Shown piece by piece: positions 58,623 through 64,000 of a DNA stretch of 64,000 nt. The stretch's first letter is position 1, and the number at the start of each line of letters is the position of its first letter. The DNA lies in contig CAZNUP010000001.1 in the NCBI GenBank assembly GCA_964576435.1, positions 442,259 to 506,258 of the forward strand, given 5' to 3'. The notes beneath the pieces are model-generated. The model was not told the DNA's origin. It saw only the letters and a list, made by a program, of their open reading frames with translations, and did not search any database. This DNA comes from an uncultured Gammaproteobacteria bacterium (GTDB lineage Bacteria > Patescibacteriota > Microgenomatia > JAMCZE01). Both the position numbers and the translations under genes were made by a program.

Positions 58623-59481
58623 ATTATCGATTATCATCCTCACATTTAATAATGAGACTGATCTCCCAGTCTGCTTAAATTCAATTTATGAAAGCGGGTT
58701 TTTAAAAAACTGGGAAGTAATTGTTATTGATAACAACTCCGAAGATAAAACAGTTTCCAATTTAAAAGACAACCTCAAAAAATATGAGAATTTAACAATC
58801 ATCGAAAACAAAGAAAATCTGGGTTTTGGCCCTGCAAATAATTTAGCAGCCAAAAAAGCTAATGGTGACTATGTGCTTTTCTTAAATCCAGACACCAAGT
58901 TGGAAAAAGACGCTATCGGTGGACCCTTAAATTATTTAAAGGAACACATTGGTGTAGGGGCAGTGAGTGCTAAGTTGGTTTTAGGTAATGGAAAGATAGA
59001 TTTGACTTGTCATAGAGGTGAACCAACTCCCTGGAACTCATTTTGCTACTTTTCGGGACTATCTAAATTGTTTCCAAAAAGCGCCACATTTTCTGGTTAT
59101 TATCTAGGAAATTTAGATTTGACCAAGGAATCTGAAGTTGAAAGTATTAACGGCGCCTATTTTATGCTCCCAAAAGAGGTGGGTACAAAGCTTAGCTGGT
59201 TTGATGAAGATTTTTACTGGAAAGGTGAGGACTTGGATTTATCTTACCGGATTAAAGAGCTAGGCTTAAAGATTGTTTACCTTCCAGAATTTGTCGTCCA
59301 CCACTACAAGGGTTCATCTAAAGGTCATAAACGGGGTAGTAAAACCCTAGAATCAAGATTCGAAGTCATGCGCCTTTTCTATGACAAACATTACAAAAAT
59401 AAATACCCTTCCTGGATGAGGAATTTTGTGCTAGCTGGAATTAAAGCACGTTATTTACTAGCTTATATAACAGGCAAATGA
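58597..59481 (+). CDS. GT2 glycosyltransferase (WbbL/rhamnosyltransferase-like)
   Basis: IDNNSED, NLGFGPANN, FLNPDT, GAYFM, FDEDF..GEDLDL, HYKG.S. Confidence 0.88.
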   Translation: MKKQPGKIELSIIILTFNNETDLPVCLNSIYESGFLKNWEVIVIDNNSEDKTVSNLKDNLKKYENLTIIENKENLGFGPANNLAAKKANGDYVLFLNPDTKLEKDAIGGPLNYLKEHIGVGAVSAKLVLGNGKIDLTCHRGEPTPWNSFCYFSGLSKLFPKSATFSGYYLGNLDLTKESEVESINGAYFMLPKEVGTKLSWFDEDFYWKGEDLDLSYRIKELGLKIVYLPEFVVHHYKGSSKGHKRGSKTLESRFEVMRLFYDKHYKNKYPSWMRNFVLAGIKARYLLAYITGK

Positions 59482-59972
59482 ACATTGTAATTGATGCCAG
59501 ATTTTGGGGAGGAAAACATACCGGCCTTGGAATTTACACTAAAAATTTGGTCGAGAACCTAGAAAAGATCGACAAAAAGAACACCTATACACTCCTAGTG
59601 CGAGAAAAGGTTGAAAGCACATTTAATCAAATTATTGTCGATATCGATGCCTATTCATTAAAAGAACAATTTTCCCTTTTGCCAATTCTCTACAAATTAA
59701 AACCAGATTTAGTTCATTTCCCCAGTATTAATATCCCAGTTCTCTATTTTCGTAAATATGTAGTCACAGTTCACGATCTTATTAAACACGATTCAAAAGG
59801 AACAGACACAACAACCAAGTCGTCACTAACATACTGGGTTAAATACCTGGGGTACCGTTTTGTTTTTTGGTGGGCAACCACTTTTGCTAAAAAAATAATT
59901 GTTCCCTCGAATGCCGTAAAGAATAGGTTAAATAAACCAAACGTAATTGTGACATATGAAGCTGCCGAATAA
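59478..59972 (+). CDS. GT4 N-terminal (acceptor) domain only, half of a split gene
   Basis: IVIDARF, TGLGIY, VHFP, VTVHDLIKH, VTYEA then stop. Confidence 0.75.
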   Translation: MNIVIDARFWGGKHTGLGIYTKNLVENLEKIDKKNTYTLLVREKVESTFNQIIVDIDAYSLKEQFSLLPILYKLKPDLVHFPSINIPVLYFRKYVVTVHDLIKHDSKGTDTTTKSSLTYWVKYLGYRFVFWWATTFAKKIIVPSNAVKNRLNKPNVIVTYEAAE

Positions 59973-60465
59973 ATACGCGCTCTATATTGGAAACGCTTAT
60001 CCTCATAAAAACCTTGAGTTTTTAATTAAAGCATGGGAGGGAATTGACATGCCTTTAGTTTTAGCAGGAGGAAGGTCAGTCTTTTATGACAGACTAGAAA
60101 AAAAGATTACCTCAAAAAACATTATTCATGTGGGTTTTGTGGAAGATCTAACAGATCTTTACAAAAATGCCGAAGTTTTCATTTTTCCAACTCTCATGGA
60201 AGGTTTCGGTCTTCCACCTCTTGAAGCAATGAAGCATAAAGTTCCAGTAGTTTGTTCAGATATCCCGGTACTGAGGGAGGTTTTAGGAGATGCCGCTCTC
60301 TATTTTGATCCAAGAAATCCCCAAGATTTAAAAGAAAAACTCGAAGAAGTAAAAGAAAAAAGATCAGAATTAATTAAAAAAGGACTCGATCAGGTTAGTA
60401 AATATTCTTGGCAAAAGATGGCCGAGGAAACACTCAAGGTTTATGAAAGTTGCGCTAGTTTATGA
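59956..60465 (+). CDS. GT4 C-terminal (nucleotide-sugar) domain only, half of a split gene
   Basis: LYIGNAYPHKN, PTLMEGFGLPPLEAM, KYSW. Confidence 0.78.
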   Translation: MKLPNKYALYIGNAYPHKNLEFLIKAWEGIDMPLVLAGGRSVFYDRLEKKITSKNIIHVGFVEDLTDLYKNAEVFIFPTLMEGFGLPPLEAMKHKVPVVCSDIPVLREVLGDAALYFDPRNPQDLKEKLEEVKEKRSELIKKGLDQVSKYSWQKMAEETLKVYESCASL

Positions 60466-61516
60466 CCGCGTGAACAAATGGGGTGGGGCTGAGTCAGTGC
60501 TTTTAGCACTTCACGAGGTTTTTCCAGATGCACCACTTTACACCTCAGTCTATGCAAAAGATAAAACTCCCTGGGCGGATGTATTTGATGTTAAACCTTC
60601 TTTCTTGCAAAAACTTCCTCTTCCAAAAGATAAACATGAATACTACCCATTCTTAATGGGTCCCGCCTTTGAAGCATTTAATTTTGATGGCTTCGATATA
60701 GTAATTTCCATAACCCACGAATCAGCAAAAGCAGTGATCACCAAACCCGAAACCATGCACATTTGCTACTGTTTGACTCCGACAGGCTATCTATGGTCAG
60801 GAGTCGATTCCTATTTAAAACCAGGTCTTAAAAAAACTCTTTTGTCTCCAGTTTTAAGATACATGCGCTTTTATGACAAAATAATCTCCAAAAGACCAGA
60901 CCACTTTATTGGCATCTCAAAAACCGTTCAGGAAAGAATCAAAAAATATTATGGTTTAGAAAGTAGTTTAGTTTACCCGCCCGTAACACTTGGTAAAGTT
61001 TCAAAGCCTGGTGATTTCTTTTTGATTGTTTCAAGGCTTGTCCCCAATAAACGAATTGATATTGCTGTTGAAGCTTTTAATAAGCTAGGTTCTCCTCTTA
61101 AAATCATAGGAACAGGTAGAGAATTTGAAAATCTTAAAGGAAGGGCTAAATCCAATATTGAATTTCTAGGTCATTTGACAGATACAGAGGTTAACAAATA
61201 TTATGAAAGCTGCAAAGCTTTTATTCTGCCAGGTCTCGAAGATTTTGGTATCACACCAGTTGAAGCTCAAAGCTATGGTAAACCAGTAGTAGCATTTAGA
61301 GGTGGGGGAGCAACTGAAACAGTTATCGAAGAAAAAACTGGGTTTTTCTTTGACAAACAGTCACCGGAGTCGTTAGTAGAGACAATTAAAAAAGCTAAAT
61401 TTGATACTATAGACCCAAGGGACTGCGCTAAAAACGCAGTTAAGTTTTCTAAAGATAGGTTTAAAGAAGAATTTAGGGAAAAGATAGAAGCTGAATGGAA
61501 ATCTTATAAAAGATGA
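60443..61516 (+). CDS. GT4 glycosyltransferase (WbaZ-like first-step mannosyltransferase family)
   Basis: MKVALVYD...WGGAE, CYCLTP, VSRLVPNKRID, EDFGITPVEAQ. Confidence 0.9.
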   Translation: MKVALVYDRVNKWGGAESVLLALHEVFPDAPLYTSVYAKDKTPWADVFDVKPSFLQKLPLPKDKHEYYPFLMGPAFEAFNFDGFDIVISITHESAKAVITKPETMHICYCLTPTGYLWSGVDSYLKPGLKKTLLSPVLRYMRFYDKIISKRPDHFIGISKTVQERIKKYYGLESSLVYPPVTLGKVSKPGDFFLIVSRLVPNKRIDIAVEAFNKLGSPLKIIGTGREFENLKGRAKSNIEFLGHLTDTEVNKYYESCKAFILPGLEDFGITPVEAQSYGKPVVAFRGGGATETVIEEKTGFFFDKQSPESLVETIKKAKFDTIDPRDCAKNAVKFSKDRFKEEFREKIEAEWKSYKR

Positions 61517-62154
61517 AAAGACTTTATATTTTTAAGCGAGTTCTTGATCTTGTTGCTGGTTCAATTCTTTTAATCCTTCTCTCCCCGATTATGGTTCTAA
61601 TTGCTATTGCAGTTAAACTTGATTCCGCTGGTCCCGTTTTTGCAGATACGCCCATGAGATCGGGAAAAGATGGAAAGCTGTTTAGGCTTTATAAATTCCG
61701 TTCTATGATTCCAAACGCCCAAGAGCTTTTGATGACCGACCCAAAAATGAAAAAACTTTTTGAGGAGTACAAAAAAAATAACTACAAATTGAAAAACGAT
61801 CCCCGTGTTACAAGAGTAGGTTCATTTATAAGAAAGCATTCAATTGATGAATTTCCACAACTCTTTAACGTTTTAGGTGGAACAATGAGCCTTGTTGGTC
61901 CGAGGCCTTATTACGAGTTTGAAATCAAAGAGCAAATCCAAAAGTATCCTCACTTGAAAGACGACATTGAAGCTATGCACACTGTGCTTCCAGGAGTAAC
62001 TGGTGAATGGCAAGTCTCGGGAAGAAGTGAAATTGATTTTGAAAAAAGAATTCAAATGGATGCCGACTACGCTAGAAGAAAAAACATATTAGACGACATA
62101 GTAATCTTAATCAAAACTCCTTGGGCTGTCATATCAGGCAAAGGGGCTTATTAA
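61513..62154 (+). CDS. Priming phosphoglycosyltransferase (Bac_transf; WbaP/WcaJ/PglC core)
   Basis: [51 protein letters not shown]. Confidence 0.93.
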   Translation: MKRLYIFKRVLDLVAGSILLILLSPIMVLIAIAVKLDSAGPVFADTPMRSGKDGKLFRLYKFRSMIPNAQELLMTDPKMKKLFEEYKKNNYKLKNDPRVTRVGSFIRKHSIDEFPQLFNVLGGTMSLVGPRPYYEFEIKEQIQKYPHLKDDIEAMHTVLPGVTGEWQVSGRSEIDFEKRIQMDADYARRKNILDDIVILIKTPWAVISGKGAY

Positions 62155-62155
62155 G

Positions 62156-62184
62156 TTGAACAACTGTTATATTTTTGGCATAAT
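62156..62184 (+). promoter_or_regulatory. Putative sigma70 promoter for DUF4012 gene
   Basis: TTGAAC, 17 nt spacer, CATAAT. Confidence 0.4.
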
Positions 62185-62234
62185 GATCTTTCTTGGCATT
62201 TAAATCTTAGGTTTCAGCTAATTTTCAGCAAATT

Positions 62235-64000
62235 ATGGAAGAATTAAGAGTAGAAACAGTTGAAGAAAGTATCAAAGATGGGGAAGGTGGATCCCCACAA
62301 AAACCCATGCAGGAAAAGAAAAAACTCCCAAAGAAAAAGATTTTAGTTGTCCTAGGCATTGTCCTTGGAGTCTTTTTAGTTGTCTTTGGTTTCTTAGGTT
62401 TAATTCTTGGAATCCCCCTCTATAAAACCTATCAAGACGGAATGGTAGCCTATTCAGAAGCTAAAACCATCAATGTTGCTCTTAAAGATCAGGATGTCAA
62501 AAAACTAAATACGGCAATAACCAATACAAACGCAAAATTGGCAGTTGTCCAAAATGACCTAAAAGGTGTGGCTTGGGCCACTAATTTACCAATTGTCGGA
62601 GCCTACATTTCAGATGCAACGCACGGAGCAAACGCTGCTTCCTACGGTTTAGAAGCAGGCCAAGTTGCTGTAAAAGCTCTTGAACCTTATGCTGATCTTC
62701 TAGGCCTTGATGGCAAAGCAAAAGCTGGGAATGGAACAACCGAAGATAGAATTTCCAAATTAGTTGAAACTCTAGATAAAATCACACCTCAAATCGACGC
62801 CATCTCTAAAAAGATGGACAAAGTAGAAACTGAAGTTGCTTACATTGATCCAAATAGATACCCGGTGTCTTTTGGTGGCAAACAAATTAGAGGAAATATC
62901 ATTGAGGCTAAAGAACTTGTGGCCTTGGCAAGCCAATTCCTAAAAGAAGCAAAACCGCTAGCAAAAGACATGCCAGCGCTTCTTGGGGCAGACAAAGAAG
63001 CTAAGTACATGGTTATCTTCCAAAACGACAAAGAGCTAAGACCAACTGGTGGATTCATAACTGCCTATGCAGTCTTTAATATTAACAAAGGGAAAATTAG
63101 TCTTGATAAATCAGATGACATTTACAAATTAGATGACACAATAACTAAAAAAGTCTCACCTCCGGAACCAATCAGTAAATACTTAAATGTATTCCAGTGG
63201 AGATTAAGAGATGCTAACTTCTCTCCCGATTATGGAAGCTCCGCCAAGACTTTCCTAGATATTTATAACTCCTCAACCAGCAAGAAAGATGTTAAAGGTG
63301 TAATCGCCATGGACACTCAAGGTCTAGTAGGTTTGATGGACGTTTTAGGACCAGTGAATATTTATGGCACTAACTTTACAACTCAAAAAGTTCCAGCTTG
63401 CGATTGCCCAATGGTTGTTTATGAACTCTTAAAGCAAGCCGGTCAACCAAGAAACTATTGGACCGACAACCGAAAAGACATGATTGGAGTTCTTCTCCAA
63501 GCAATTATGAAGAAAGCGCTTGATGCCCCAAGTGAAGTTAATGGTCCACTTTTCCAACAAGGATTAAAACTCGCCAATGAAAAACATATATTATTCTTCT
63601 TGACTGATGAGAACGATCAAAAAGGTGTGGAGAGTCTTGGATTTGCAGGGAAGATCAAAACATCAGACGGAGACTATTTGCACATTAATGATGCCAATCT
63701 TGGTGGAGCAAAGTCCAATCTCTATATCACTCAAGCAGTCAAACAAGACGTTAAGATTACAGATTCTGGTGCCGACGAAATCTTAACAATTGATTACAAA
63801 TACCCAAGACAAGGTGATAATTGTTCATTAGAAAGAAAAGAAGGTTTGTGTCTAGCTGGAATCTACAGAGACTATTTGAGAATCTATTTACCAAAAGGGT
63901 CTAAAGTAAATGAAGTTAGAGGATTCGAAACCGCTAAACCTGAAATCTATGAAGATCTTGGCCACACAGTTGTTGCTGGATTCTTTACAGTTGTCCCACA
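62235..64000 (+). CDS. DUF4012 family membrane-anchored extracellular protein (3'-truncated by window; absent from ORF track)
   Basis: Own translation from ATG 62235: MEELRVE..., TM ILVVLGIVLGVFLVVFGFLGLILG, YMVIFQNDKELRPTGGFITAY, RDANFSPD, ANLGGAKSN; frame appears open to the window end. Confidence 0.85.
   Translation, partial: MEELRVETVEESIKDGEGGSPQKPMQEKKKLPKKKILVVLGIVLGVFLVVFGFLGLILGIPLYKTYQDGMVAYSEAKTINVALKDQDVKKLNTAITNTNAKLAVVQNDLKGVAWATNLPIVGAYISDATHGANAASYGLEAGQVAVKALEPYADLLGLDGKAKAGNGTTEDRISKLVETLDKITPQIDAISKKMDKVETEVAYIDPNRYPVSFGGKQIRGNIIEAKELVALASQFLKEAKPLAKDMPALLGADKEAKYMVIFQNDKELRPTGGFITAYAVFNINKGKISLDKSDDIYKLDDTITKKVSPPEPISKYLNVFQWRLRDANFSPDYGSSAKTFLDIYNSSTSKKDVKGVIAMDTQGLVGLMDVLGPVNIYGTNFTTQKVPACDCPMVVYELLKQAGQPRNYWTDNRKDMIGVLLQAIMKKALDAPSEVNGPLFQQGLKLANEKHILFFLTDENDQKGVESLGFAGKIKTSDGDYLHINDANLGGAKSNLYITQAVKQDVKITDSGADEILTIDYKYPRQGDNCSLERKEGLCLAGIYRDYLRIYLPKGSKVNEVRGFETAKPEIYEDLGHTVVAGFFTVVP

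Noticed and set aside
465-63058. Numerous 60-123 aa ORFs nested in or antisense to long genes (e.g. 465-683, 2348-2647, 47596-47967, 62840-63058)
   Set aside because: Shadow ORFs fully overlapping well-supported CDSs, with no motifs of their own
1-64000. Alternative genetic code (TGA recoding as in Gracilibacteria/Absconditabacteria)
   Set aside because: Code 11 gives full-length ORFs with near-complete coverage, and TGA is used as a stop in ATGA overlaps

Overview
AT-rich, very gene-dense bacterial DNA (code 11, many overlapping start/stop codons). It is almost entirely one ~60 kb surface-glycosylation locus, and the gene content suggests a Patescibacteria/CPR (Microgenomates-like) genome, which is an inference. 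The locus encodes about 11 GT-C-fold membrane glycosyltransferases, at least three polyprenol-phosphate-sugar synthase-like GT2s, many GT2/GT4 enzymes, HddA+GmhA heptose enzymes, an AlgI/AlgJ-type O-acetylation pair, a Wzm/Wzt ABC exporter, a Wzx-type flippase, six SAM-methyltransferase domains, a GT6 (ABO-family) enzyme, a GT11 fucosyltransferase-family enzyme, an O-antigen-ligase::GT-C fusion, a priming phosphoglycosyltransferase and a DUF4012 gene cut by the window end. A ~7 kb non-glycan insert (43.2-50.5 kb) interrupts it. The insert carries a 1565-aa protein with two tandem MutS-type ATPase domains, a wHTH-Nudix protein, an atypical kinase, two small ORFs and a pair of 34-bp imperfect direct repeats. 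Many transcription-unit heads have a -10 box 5-10 nt before the start codon (leaderless-like). No rRNA, tRNA, CRISPR array, transposase or integrase was seen. All product calls come from motif reading, not database searches.
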